A program made the position numbers and the translations under genes. Below the pieces are notes generated by a model. The model was not told where the DNA came from. It saw only the letters and a program-made list of their open reading frames with translations, and did not search any database. This document shows positions 52,905-62,200 of a stretch of 64,000 nucleotides of DNA, in pieces; the first letter of the stretch is position 1; each line of letters begins with the position of its first letter. The stretch comes from Candidatus Omnitrophota bacterium (lineage in GTDB: Bacteria; Omnitrophota; Gorgyraeia; Zapsychrales; Zapsychraceae). The DNA lies in assembly GCA_029261055.1 (NCBI GenBank), contig JAJDCA010000015.1:19998-83997 (forward strand). Direction: 5' to 3'.

Positions 52905-53732
52905 ATGTTTGAACATATTGTGTTAGGTATTATTCAAGGTATTGTAGAATGGCTTCCGATAAGTTCGGAAGGCATGATTGTTTTGGTGAAAACAAATTTT
53001 TTTCCTAGTGAAGACAATTTTGCCACGATCATTCATCAAGCGTTATTTCTCCACCTTGGAACATTTTTTGCCGCTTTAGTTTATTTTAATAAAGACGTAG
53101 CCATTCTTATCAAGGCATTATTTCAGTTTAAATCCCAATCCAAAGACACACAGAATCTTTTAATTTTTTTACTTTGGAGTACGATCATAAGTGGTTTGTT
53201 GGGAATTGTTTTATTGAAAATATTTAGTCATTTCTTTGAGCAGTTTAGTTCAGCAGGCAAAGGTATTACGGCTTTGGTAGGATGTCTTCTCTTTATTACG
53301 GCCTATTTAGAAATTAAGGCTTTGGGGAAAAATAAAGTGATTAAGGCCAGCGCCGGTACAAGTTCGTATCGCAATATGAGTGATTTAAAGATCATAGATG
53401 GTATTATTTTGGGTATTGTTCAAGGATGTGCCGCATTACCCGGCCTTTCCAGATCAGGACTGACGGTTTCAGCCCTTTTATTAAGGAAGTTTGACAAAGC
53501 TTACGCGCTTAAACTCAGCTTTTTGATGAGTTTACCGATTGTTTTGGCTGGAAATATTATCCTCAACTTCAATAACCTTCAATGGTCCTTAAATGCATTT
53601 GTGGGACTATTTTTTGCTTTTGCATTTGGTTTGGCCACCATCCACTTACTTCTTAGACTCGCCCAGAAAATTAATTTCGGTTATTTTTTAATTTTCTTAG
53701 GTGCCCTCACAATAATTTCGGTTTTTATTTAA
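52905..53732 (+). CDS. uppP: Undecaprenyl-diphosphate phosphatase.
   Basis: The VEWLPISSEGM and SRSGLTVSALLL motifs are characteristic of UppP/BacA. 8 TM segments. Confidence 0.85.
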   Translation: MFEHIVLGIIQGIVEWLPISSEGMIVLVKTNFFPSEDNFATIIHQALFLHLGTFFAALVYFNKDVAILIKALFQFKSQSKDTQNLLIFLLWSTIISGLLGIVLLKIFSHFFEQFSSAGKGITALVGCLLFITAYLEIKALGKNKVIKASAGTSSYRNMSDLKIIDGIILGIVQGCAALPGLSRSGLTVSALLLRKFDKAYALKLSFLMSLPIVLAGNIILNFNNLQWSLNAFVGLFFAFAFGLATIHLLLRLAQKINFGYFLIFLGALTIISVFI

Positions 53733-53858
53733 AAATTTAATTCTTTTTGATCCATAGCGGCGGATTAAATATCTTGATAAATTTTTTATGCTATGATAGT
53801 TTGTATTTTAAGGGTGTTAGAATTCGTAATTTAAAATATTTAACAAGGAGGTAAGTTT

Positions 53859-54716
53859 ATGGAGACAACAGAGATACAAGAAACCATTAATAAGTTGATT
53901 GATGTTGGCGTGCCGTTTTTATTAAACCTTGTTGCTGCTATTGTTATCTACGTTGTTGGTAAGTGGGTGGCGGGAATACTTTCTAATGCCATAGCCAAAT
54001 TTATGAAAAAGGGGAAGGTGGATGACGCTTTAACGGGGTTTACAAAGAATATTGTTTATGCCATTATTTTGATTTTTACGGTTATTGCGGCCATTGGGAA
54101 AATAGGGGTTCAAACCACATCTTTTATTGCCCTTTTAGGTGCGGCTGGTTTGGCTGTGGGTATGGCGTTGCAGGGAACATTGTCTAATTTTGCAGCCGGC
54201 GTTATGTTAATTTTATTTAAGCCTTTTAAAGTCGGTGATTTTATTGAAGGCGGCGGATCAATGGGGACTGTTAAAGAAATTCAGATATTCAATACGATCC
54301 TTGCTTCACCGGATAACAGGAAAATTATTCTTCCTAATTCAAAAGTATCCGGGGATACGATTACAAATTTTTCAGCTATTGGTGAGAGAAGAATTGATTT
54401 AGTTTTTGGTGTTTCATACAGTGATGATTTAAAACAGGCAAAATCTATTCTTCAAAAACTTGTGGATTCCGATAGCCGCATACTGAAAGATCCGGAACCG
54501 GTGATCGCGGTTTCAGAATTGGGTGATAGCTGTGTGAGTATCGTTTGTCGGCCGTGGGTTAAGCCTGCAGATTATTGGGGTGTGTATTTTGACCTTACAG
54601 AAAAAGGGAAGCTTGCTTTAGAAGAAGGCGGATGCTCAATTCCTTTTCCTCAAAGAGATATTCATGTTTTTCAGGAAGCAGGACAATCTCAAGAAGCGGT
54701 AGCAGGAACTGTTTAA
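53859..54716 (+). CDS. mscS: Small-conductance mechanosensitive channel (MscS family).
   Basis: Three TM segments, then PFKVGDFIEGGGSMGTVKEIQIFNTILASPDNRKIILPNSKV, the MscS beta-domain signature. Confidence 0.8.
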   Translation: METTEIQETINKLIDVGVPFLLNLVAAIVIYVVGKWVAGILSNAIAKFMKKGKVDDALTGFTKNIVYAIILIFTVIAAIGKIGVQTTSFIALLGAAGLAVGMALQGTLSNFAAGVMLILFKPFKVGDFIEGGGSMGTVKEIQIFNTILASPDNRKIILPNSKVSGDTITNFSAIGERRIDLVFGVSYSDDLKQAKSILQKLVDSDSRILKDPEPVIAVSELGDSCVSIVCRPWVKPADYWGVYFDLTEKGKLALEEGGCSIPFPQRDIHVFQEAGQSQEAVAGTV

Positions 54717-54722
54717 ACAGCT

Positions 54723-54785
54723 CTCAGTCGTCAGATGCCAGGTTTCAGTGAAAATAAAACACTGATGACTGACAGTTGACGACTG
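54723..54785 (+). terminator. Long nested hairpin downstream of mscS (cagtcgtca ... tgacgactg, with an inner tcagtg/cactga pair). It has no U-run, so it is a possible terminator or RNA-stability element.
   Basis: Inverted repeats seen directly. Confidence 0.3.
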
Positions 54786-54816
54786 CTGGCTAACATTGAA
54801 ATTTTGATACAATGTT

Positions 54817-56190
54817 ATGCGAAAAATTAATTCTTTATCTTCCTCCCCGACATCTGCGAATCTGTTTGAAGGAACTGTATGTGCACAACTTTTTAAGGAG
54901 TCTCCTTTAAGTCATCGCATGCGGCCGCAGACGCTGGATGAATATGTCGGGCAGCGCCATGTTTTAGGTGAAGATAAATTGTTAACCCGCGCAATTCAAG
55001 CAGATCGCATTACGTCTTTAATTATTTATGGCCCTCCCGGCGTTGGTAAAACAACCCTCGCTCAGTGCATCAGTGCAAAAACGCAAGCCGCGTTTGAATG
55101 CATTAACGCGGTTTCTTCCAATGTAGAAGAGATGCGTAAAATTCTTGCGGCTGCAGCTAATCGTCGATTAACATGTCAGAAAAAAACGATCCTTTTTATT
55201 GACGAAATTCATCGTTTTAATAAGGCACAGCAAGATATTTTGATGCCGGATTTAGAAGAAGGAAACATTATTCTTGTCGGCGCCACGGTATTTAATCCAT
55301 TTTTTTCTTTGATTGGACCATTATTATCCCGATCATTGGTGTTTGAATTGAATCCTCTCACGCAGGAAGATATTTTAAAAATTTTAAATAATGCCTTGGA
55401 GGATCAAGAAAAGGGGTTAGGGGCGTTCTCGATACAAGCGGATGAGGGGGCCTTAAATTTTATTGCGGATGTTTGTGATGGTGATGCGCGTAAAGCCTTG
55501 AATGCTTTGGAAGTCGGGTGCTTAACAACGCCAAAAGATAAGCAAGGGAAGGTTGTTTTTAATTTAGATGTCGCGCAAGAATCCATCCAAAAGAAACAAG
55601 TGAATTATGATAAAAAAGGGGATGCGCATTATGATACAGCCTCGGCCTTTATCAAATCGATGCGTGGTTCTGATCCTGATGCGGCGCTGTATTGGATGGC
55701 TAAAATGATTTATGCGGGAGAAGATCCTCGGTTTATTGCACGACGCATTTGTATCTGTGCAGCAGAAGACGTGGGTAATGCCGATCCACAAGCCCTTGTA
55801 CTGGCGAATTCTGCGTTTCAAGTTTCCGAGTTTATTGGGATGCCTGAGGCACGCATTCCTTTGGCGCAGGCCGCTATTTATGTGGCGTGTGCACCCAAGT
55901 CGAATGCCTCGTATTTAGGGATTGACAAAGCCATTGATGCCGTGAAGAATAAGCGCGTCCAGGAAGTACCCGTGTATCTTAAAGATTCTTCTTATCGCGG
56001 AGCCAAGAAAATGGGCCACGGTCAAGGCTACAAATATGCGCATAATTATCAAGGGCATTATGTTGATCAAGAATACATCTCTGTGAAAGAAACTTTTTAT
56101 GAACCGACAGATATGGGTTATGAACAGAAAATAAAAGCAAGACTTGGTCAAAAGAAGCAAGAGGTAAAGAGGCAAGAAACAGAGAAGTAA
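54817..56190 (+). CDS. rarA: Replication-associated recombination protein A (AAA+ ATPase).
   Basis: Walker A GPPGVGKTTLA, Walker B ILFIDEIHRFN, and a MgsA C-terminal domain. Confidence 0.85.
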   Translation: MRKINSLSSSPTSANLFEGTVCAQLFKESPLSHRMRPQTLDEYVGQRHVLGEDKLLTRAIQADRITSLIIYGPPGVGKTTLAQCISAKTQAAFECINAVSSNVEEMRKILAAAANRRLTCQKKTILFIDEIHRFNKAQQDILMPDLEEGNIILVGATVFNPFFSLIGPLLSRSLVFELNPLTQEDILKILNNALEDQEKGLGAFSIQADEGALNFIADVCDGDARKALNALEVGCLTTPKDKQGKVVFNLDVAQESIQKKQVNYDKKGDAHYDTASAFIKSMRGSDPDAALYWMAKMIYAGEDPRFIARRICICAAEDVGNADPQALVLANSAFQVSEFIGMPEARIPLAQAAIYVACAPKSNASYLGIDKAIDAVKNKRVQEVPVYLKDSSYRGAKKMGHGQGYKYAHNYQGHYVDQEYISVKETFYEPTDMGYEQKIKARLGQKKQEVKRQETEK

Positions 56191-56240
56191 AGATTTGTTT
56201 TATTTCTGCCTCTTGTTTCTGTGTTTCTGTGCTTCTTTAA
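56141..56240. repeat. Purine-arm/pyrimidine-arm inverted-repeat element, copy 5. Compact at ~100 bp. It supplies the last ~15 codons of rarA.
   Basis: aagaagcaagaggtaaagaggcaagaaacagagaagtaaag, then a loop (atttgttttatt), then tctgcctcttgtttctgtgtttctgtgcttcttt. Confidence 0.55.
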
Positions 56241-56252
56241 AAAAGGAATATC

Positions 56253-56717
56253 ATGAAACTCAATGAAGAAATCATTACATTTCTTAAAAGTAAAGATGTT
56301 GTTCTTGTCTCAACCTTAGATGAAAAAGGGCGTATCCATTGCGCGGTGAAAGGCATTGTGGAGGTATTGAAGTCTGGTAAAATTTTTATTATTGATCTTT
56401 TTTCCGGACAGACATTAAAAAATATACGAAAGAATCCAAATGTAAGTATTGCCGCCACAGATGAAGTTCGGTTTAAAGGCTATACGTTGCAGGGGAAAGC
56501 TATCATTGTGCCTAAGTGGCAAATTCATCAGGACTTTATTAATAAGTGGGAAACGCATGTGATCCAAAAAGTTTCCGACCGCATTTCTAGAAGCGTGCAT
56601 TCAGGAAAAAAAGGAATGCAGCACTACGAACTCAGTCTTCCCGACAATCCCAAACATATCATTGATATTCAAGTTGAGAACATCATCGACCTTTCTCCAA
56701 GAGTAAAGAAAAAATAG
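56253..56717 (+). CDS. Pyridoxamine 5'-phosphate oxidase-like FMN-binding split-barrel protein.
   Basis: 154 aa. The N-terminus, IITFLKSKDVVLVSTLDEKGRIHCAVKGIVEV, matches the PNPOx-like family pattern. Confidence 0.5.
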   Translation: MKLNEEIITFLKSKDVVLVSTLDEKGRIHCAVKGIVEVLKSGKIFIIDLFSGQTLKNIRKNPNVSIAATDEVRFKGYTLQGKAIIVPKWQIHQDFINKWETHVIQKVSDRISRSVHSGKKGMQHYELSLPDNPKHIIDIQVENIIDLSPRVKKK

Positions 56718-56774
56718 TAAAAAATAGTGACAGACACCTTTTTTAAAAAGATCATCAAAAAAAGGTGTCTGTCA

Positions 56775-58814
56775 CTATTTTTTTTGCCTTGGAAATTTAA
56801 AGCAGGGAAGAAGCGTAGAGTAACTATCGGTCCATGGTCTAAATTTTACAATATCTTTTTCAGAAATTGTCTGCCATTTTCCTTCTGTAAGTAATTTTAC
56901 AAATTGATTTTTATCCCACGTAATAGCGATCCAATCGGAACGAAAAATACCGCTAATGTAGTCGATATCTTTTTTGTAGGCGACAAAGGCGCCGGATTCC
57001 ATGGCTGTTTTAAGGAGAGGGTAGCGTAAATCAAGGTAACGATTGGTAACATGAAATACAATAATACCATCAGGTAGAATTTGTTGTCGATAAGTTGATA
57101 GGGCTTCTGTCGTTAATAAATGGACAGGAACAGAATCGCCACTAAAGGCATCCACTACGAGGAGATTGTAATTTTGTTTGTCCATTTTTTCTAAAGAGAG
57201 CCGAGCATCACCGTAGAAGTGTTTGACGGATGCTCTGGATTTATTTAAAAATGTAAAATATTTTTTTGTGATAGCGTGTACATCCGGGTCAAGTTCAAAG
57301 AAGTCCATATGTTGATCTTTTTCCGGGTAGACCGCTAAGGCACCTGTGCCTAATCCAATGATCCCTATTTTTTTTAGACTTTTGTCTCTGATGAGAATTT
57401 CTGCCGTCGGGGACTTGGGGTTGTAATAAACAAGAGGGATAAAACTTCTTTGTTCTTCCAAAAATTGCCCGCCGTGAATCGTTGAACCGTGTAATAAAAA
57501 TCTGACTTTGGGTTGTTCAATAACTTTTGTAATGCCGTAATAATTTCGATGGCTGAATATGTATTTTTCTTTAGAAAATGTAGATTCTAGAATAGGTAGA
57601 AGAAGAATAATCATCAGTATGCTGGCCGTGACGGCGCCGCGTATTTTCCATTTTTTCATGTCTTCAATTTGCCAGGCTAGGCTGATGAGAAAAAATCCAA
57701 GAAAATATTCCAGATAGGAAGAAGAAATAAGCGGTACAAGCCATGTAGCCGTGATGCCGCCTACAAAACTTCCCAGGGAGCTGATGAAATAAAAAAATGT
57801 TAGTTTTTGATGATCAACCGGTCGCGTTGTGTGAAGACGGTTTTGACAAAACATACATAACATAAAGGTTAATAAGAGAAGGATGCAAGCTGAGATGGGC
57901 ACCGGAATAATTCTTTGAAGCATGACGAAATAAAAGACAATACCGAGGGTCATAATCACAGGGATTTGGTTCACGATCCAACGTGGACACCAGGGGTTTT
58001 TTTTGAAGTTTAAGACAAATGTAAGGAGATAAATCGCTAAGGGTAGCATCCAAAATAATGGCATGGGAGCGATTTCTGATGTGATCACATTGGTTACCGA
58101 TAAGAATATAAAAACGCCGGCGGCACTGTAGAGGAGCCATTGCCAAAGGATCGTTTTATTAATCGTTGTATTAAGATTGTGTGATGATGTTTCTTTTGGT
58201 TGGACACGAATCCATTTAAAAGCGGCAAAGTGAAGCGCAATGAAAATAAGGTAACTGATGCGCCAGATTTTTTGCTGGATATGCAAGTCCCAAACCATTT
58301 CAAAAACAAAAGGATATGTGAGTAGTGCCGCGAAAGATCCCAAATTTGAGACAGCAAACAAGGTGTAGGGGTTTTTTCGTTCTGGTAAGTGAGACTCGGC
58401 TAACCACGCTTGCCAGATGATGCTAATCGTAGAGAGTACAAAAAACGCCGGCCCAATCGTTAGCAATAATTTCCAGAAAACTTCAATGACCATGGGTAAA
58501 TTTGATGAAGGGTAACGTAAAGCTAAAGAGTGGCCTGGAAAAAAAAGAAGAGGGAGAAGAATAAAGCCAAGATGAAACTTTCGATACCGTTCTATTCCGA
58601 GCCATTGCACAACACAATGCGCATACAAATACCCTAACAGCAGGGCTGCCTGAAAAAATACAATACACGCCCCCCAAACAAGATAACTCCCACCAAAGTT
58701 AGGAAGAAAAATTTTTCCAATGATCAGTTCAATTTGAAATAAGAGAAAGGCCGATAAGAACGTAATAAATCGAATAAGCCAAATGGGATTCATCATTGAT
58801 AATATTAGGGGCAT
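56775..58814 (-). CDS. Polytopic membrane protein fused to a C-terminal spermidine-synthase-like (aminopropyltransferase/methyltransferase-fold) domain.
   Basis: About 12 N-terminal TM segments. The C-terminus carries IGIIGLGTGALAV...LLVVDAFSGDSVPVHLLTTEA. Confidence 0.55.
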   Translation of the reverse strand: MPLILSMMNPIWLIRFITFLSAFLLFQIELIIGKIFLPNFGGSYLVWGACIVFFQAALLLGYLYAHCVVQWLGIERYRKFHLGFILLPLLFFPGHSLALRYPSSNLPMVIEVFWKLLLTIGPAFFVLSTISIIWQAWLAESHLPERKNPYTLFAVSNLGSFAALLTYPFVFEMVWDLHIQQKIWRISYLIFIALHFAAFKWIRVQPKETSSHNLNTTINKTILWQWLLYSAAGVFIFLSVTNVITSEIAPMPLFWMLPLAIYLLTFVLNFKKNPWCPRWIVNQIPVIMTLGIVFYFVMLQRIIPVPISACILLLLTFMLCMFCQNRLHTTRPVDHQKLTFFYFISSLGSFVGGITATWLVPLISSSYLEYFLGFFLISLAWQIEDMKKWKIRGAVTASILMIILLLPILESTFSKEKYIFSHRNYYGITKVIEQPKVRFLLHGSTIHGGQFLEEQRSFIPLVYYNPKSPTAEILIRDKSLKKIGIIGLGTGALAVYPEKDQHMDFFELDPDVHAITKKYFTFLNKSRASVKHFYGDARLSLEKMDKQNYNLLVVDAFSGDSVPVHLLTTEALSTYRQQILPDGIIVFHVTNRYLDLRYPLLKTAMESGAFVAYKKDIDYISGIFRSDWIAITWDKNQFVKLLTEGKWQTISEKDIVKFRPWTDSYSTLLPCFKFPRQKK

Positions 58815-58866
58815 GATAAATCATGCCCGTACGGGGGTGATTGTAGGGGCATGATTTATCATGCCC
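58809..58866. promoter_or_regulatory. Two copies of a 20-bp self-complementary site (GGGCATGAT-AA-ATCATGCCC) 37 bp apart. The first overlaps the start codon of the spermidine-synthase-like gene.
   Basis: ggggcatgataaatcatgccc at 58808..58828 and ggggcatgatttatcatgccc at 58846..58866. Each is a palindrome. Confidence 0.4.
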
Positions 58867-59198
58867 TTTAAATTATTAAAATACCATAATATCGCAAAAA
58901 AATATGGATGTCACCCATTTTTTCAACCATTTTAAATTAATTCTATCATTATGCAACGCATATAGTTACAATTATTTCAGGATTTTTCTTGTTTTTAAAG
59001 AATTGTAATTGTTTGGCCTCTATGAACTTATGATTTTTTCGATAAATTTGTTTTTTCTTGATAAATATGTTATTTTTTGATTAGGTGCAAAAGAAAGCGG
59101 TTTTTTGCATTGAAAATCTTTAAAACCACGCCAATAATCCCGCCTACCAGCAGGCAGGCACGCCACGGATTGGTGAAATTTCATAAAGTTAAGTGTAG

Positions 59199-59246
59199 AG
59201 ACGTAGCATTGCTACGTCTAATTAAAGACGTAGAATCGCTACGTCT
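59199..59246. promoter_or_regulatory. Twin 21-bp palindromic operator-like sites (AGACGTAGC-N3-GCTACGTCT) 27 bp apart, 20-70 bp upstream of the giant gene start.
   Basis: agacgtagcattgctacgtct at 59199..59219 (perfect 9-3-9). agacgtagaatcgctacgtct at 59226..59246 (8/9). The RBS ggaga lies 7 nt before the ATG at 59267. Confidence 0.45.
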
Positions 59247-59266
59247 CTATAAATTGGAGAAAAAAA

Positions 59267-62200
59267 TGAATATTTTCATCAAAAAACAACGTTTTTGTTT
59301 GGTTTACAGGGTTTTATCCGCATTTATTGCCGTGGCCTTCTTAACTACCACCATTGTTCCGGCTGGATACGCGCAAATGGTGACCATGTCGGCGCCATCC
59401 ATCTTGAATTTACCGACACCCGGCACCATGGTGACCATGAGCGAGGGCTTTCATCCTCCATTGATTCGGGGTTTGAGGATCGACCCGGAGAATCCGCTTA
59501 AATTTAACTTTATTGTAGAAACCGGCGATACCCCTTTGCAAGGTACAGCTTTGCAGCAGGAAGGCGAGAAGCTGATTAAATATTTTCTCGCTGCGCTAAC
59601 GGTACCGGAAGAAGATATGTGGGTCAACTTGAGTCCGTATGAAGCTGACCGTATCATCCCCGAAGGTTTGGGCGATACGGAAATGGGTCGGGATTTGTTG
59701 GCTCAGGATTATATTTTGAAGCAGTTAAGCGCCTCGATGATGTATCCGGAAGATGAATTGGGAGAAGAGTTTTGGGAACGTGTGTATACACGCGCTCAGG
59801 AAGAGTTCGGCACCACGGATTTGCCGATGAATACCTTTAACAAGATCTGGATTGTGCCGTCTAAAGCTGAAGTTTATGAGCACGAAGAATCTGCCAGCGC
59901 GTATGTGGTGGGGAATCATCTGAAAGTCATGCTGGAAGAAGATTATGTGGCATTGCAGGAAAATGCAGGTGTAGAGCATTACGGCTTAGATTCTTTGGGC
60001 GATAATGCCGAACAAGTCGTCAGCGGCGTATCATCAGCCGTTATCCGTGAAGTATTGATCCCTGAAATAGAAAAAGAAGTCAATACAGGCGAACATTTTG
60101 CTAATTTGCGTCAAATATTTCATTCCATGATTCTAGCCGAGTGGTACAAACAAAACCTCCGTCAAAGTCTTTTAGGGCAAGTCTACGTCGATCAAAACAA
60201 AACCAAAGGCGTAGACACGACAGACAAACACGTAAATCAGAAAATCTACGAACAGTACATCGAATCCTTCAAAAAAGGCGTGTACGACTACATTAGAGAA
60301 GACTACGACCCTACCACCCAACAAATCATCCCGCGTAAATATTTCTCGGGTGGGTTTGTAATGAAAGCCATGCTGGCTGAAGTAGCTGAGATAAGCGCGG
60401 AAAATTTAGACGATAGCCAATTGTCTATTCTGGGAGCTAATGAGTTTAAGCGTTACGATTTTGCCGCTATGGTGGAAGAGGCAACAGGGCCTGTTATCGA
60501 TGCGGCCCGGTTGGCAACTCCGATTCAAGCCCAGAACCTGGACAAAGCGCAAAAAGCAGGGGCGTCAGTGGCTAATTTTCTTAGGGAGATTAAGGATGAT
60601 CAAGAGATGTGGACACTTTATGCCAAGCCGGAATTTCTGAAGGACATGAATGAGGTGTTTGTGTTATTGTCTGAGGGGGGCCAAGAAAAGGTAGCTGTGA
60701 ATGCGGCTATTGCGCAGACATTACGGTATATTAAACGTTTAATGGATTCATCGAGCAGAATAAACGAATTTTTGGCGCCCAATGTTATTGTGCCGATTAT
60801 TAAGGCTGTGGCCGAAAAGACCAATCTTAGCGGGGAGAAAATCAATCTGGAAACATATTCCTTAGTCATCAATAATGCATTAGATCAATTTAACCGGATT
60901 CTATTCAAGGATTTTGAAGAAGAGGCTGCTTTGGAATTAGTGAAAAATACGTCCAAAATAAGCAAAGGTGTTGTTACCGCAATTAAAAAAAATTTGACGC
61001 GGGATGAAATTTTTGAGGGAGTTAATTTAGTTTTGAAGCAGCATATTTTTAATGTCACCCAGGGAAAAGAATTTAAAGCAACGACATTATTTGCCGATTT
61101 AAAATTAGCCGGTATGACAGAAGAGGAAATTCTGGAAAATTACAGGTTTATTAAGGATGCTGTTCCACTTCAGTCGCAGGAGGAGGTTTACGCAATAACG
61201 ATGGAGTTTATTGAAAAATTTTTAAATGAAACATTTCCTTCCGGCAATGAGGCCCTGGGTAGTGTAGAGCAGAATCGGAGTAGTAGAAAAGACACATTTT
61301 TATTGATTGTCAAACTTGTGGAAAATGAAGTGTTAGTGGCAACGGATAGTCCGGGATGGGAGATTTTAAGCAAGACCCCTTTAGGGATAACATCGGTGAA
61401 CGGATTGATCAATACATTTTTGAACAGACTCGACCTAACCAAGGATGTCAACAAGAAACAGTATGTAACGACAGATTTTATTAAAGATATACATGCGGTG
61501 ATAAGTGAATCGTCAACCGTCGGCCACGTTATGGCCCCTGCGGACCGTAATTTATTGATTCAAGTGTTTATTCCAACAGTGCTGACGCATCTGGCGGAAT
61601 TTCTCAATAAATCCGACATTCCGGAAAAGTTTTTAACCCGGGAGTTTACGATACCTGTTATCAAGGCGATCGCCCAAAAGAAAGATTCTCAGAACAAGAG
61701 TCTTTTACTCAACACTGAGTCGCCGTTATTGAAGTCTGTATTAGACGAACTGGGGCGGGGAGTCAAAGATTTTAAGTCGGAGGGTGATGTGTCAGCTTTG
61801 AATAATGAAATGGCAGCTATTCACAATATGATTATTTCTGAAATTGAAAATCATGTGCCGTCAAACACGTATTCTTTTGATATTCTCAAAAATTTTCAAG
61901 TAGAAATAGGCCAGATGATCAACTTTAAAACAACAGCTGTGTGGAGGCAAATACAGGCTGGAATGAGCGAAACTGACATTAGTGAGCATTATTGGAACAT
62001 AGTAAAGGTCCTTAGAACATTACCTACCCCGAAAGAGGGAGAAAAAACAACCTTCCCGTTTATTTTAAATTTCCTTGACAAAAGAATAGGACAGGTTGAA
62101 TCACTGGCGAATCCTGATACACAGAAAAAAGTTGCCTTTGAGTTTATTGACTCATTTTTGCAAAATAACGGGCTGCGCACGCAGGATGATTCTGCTGGAT

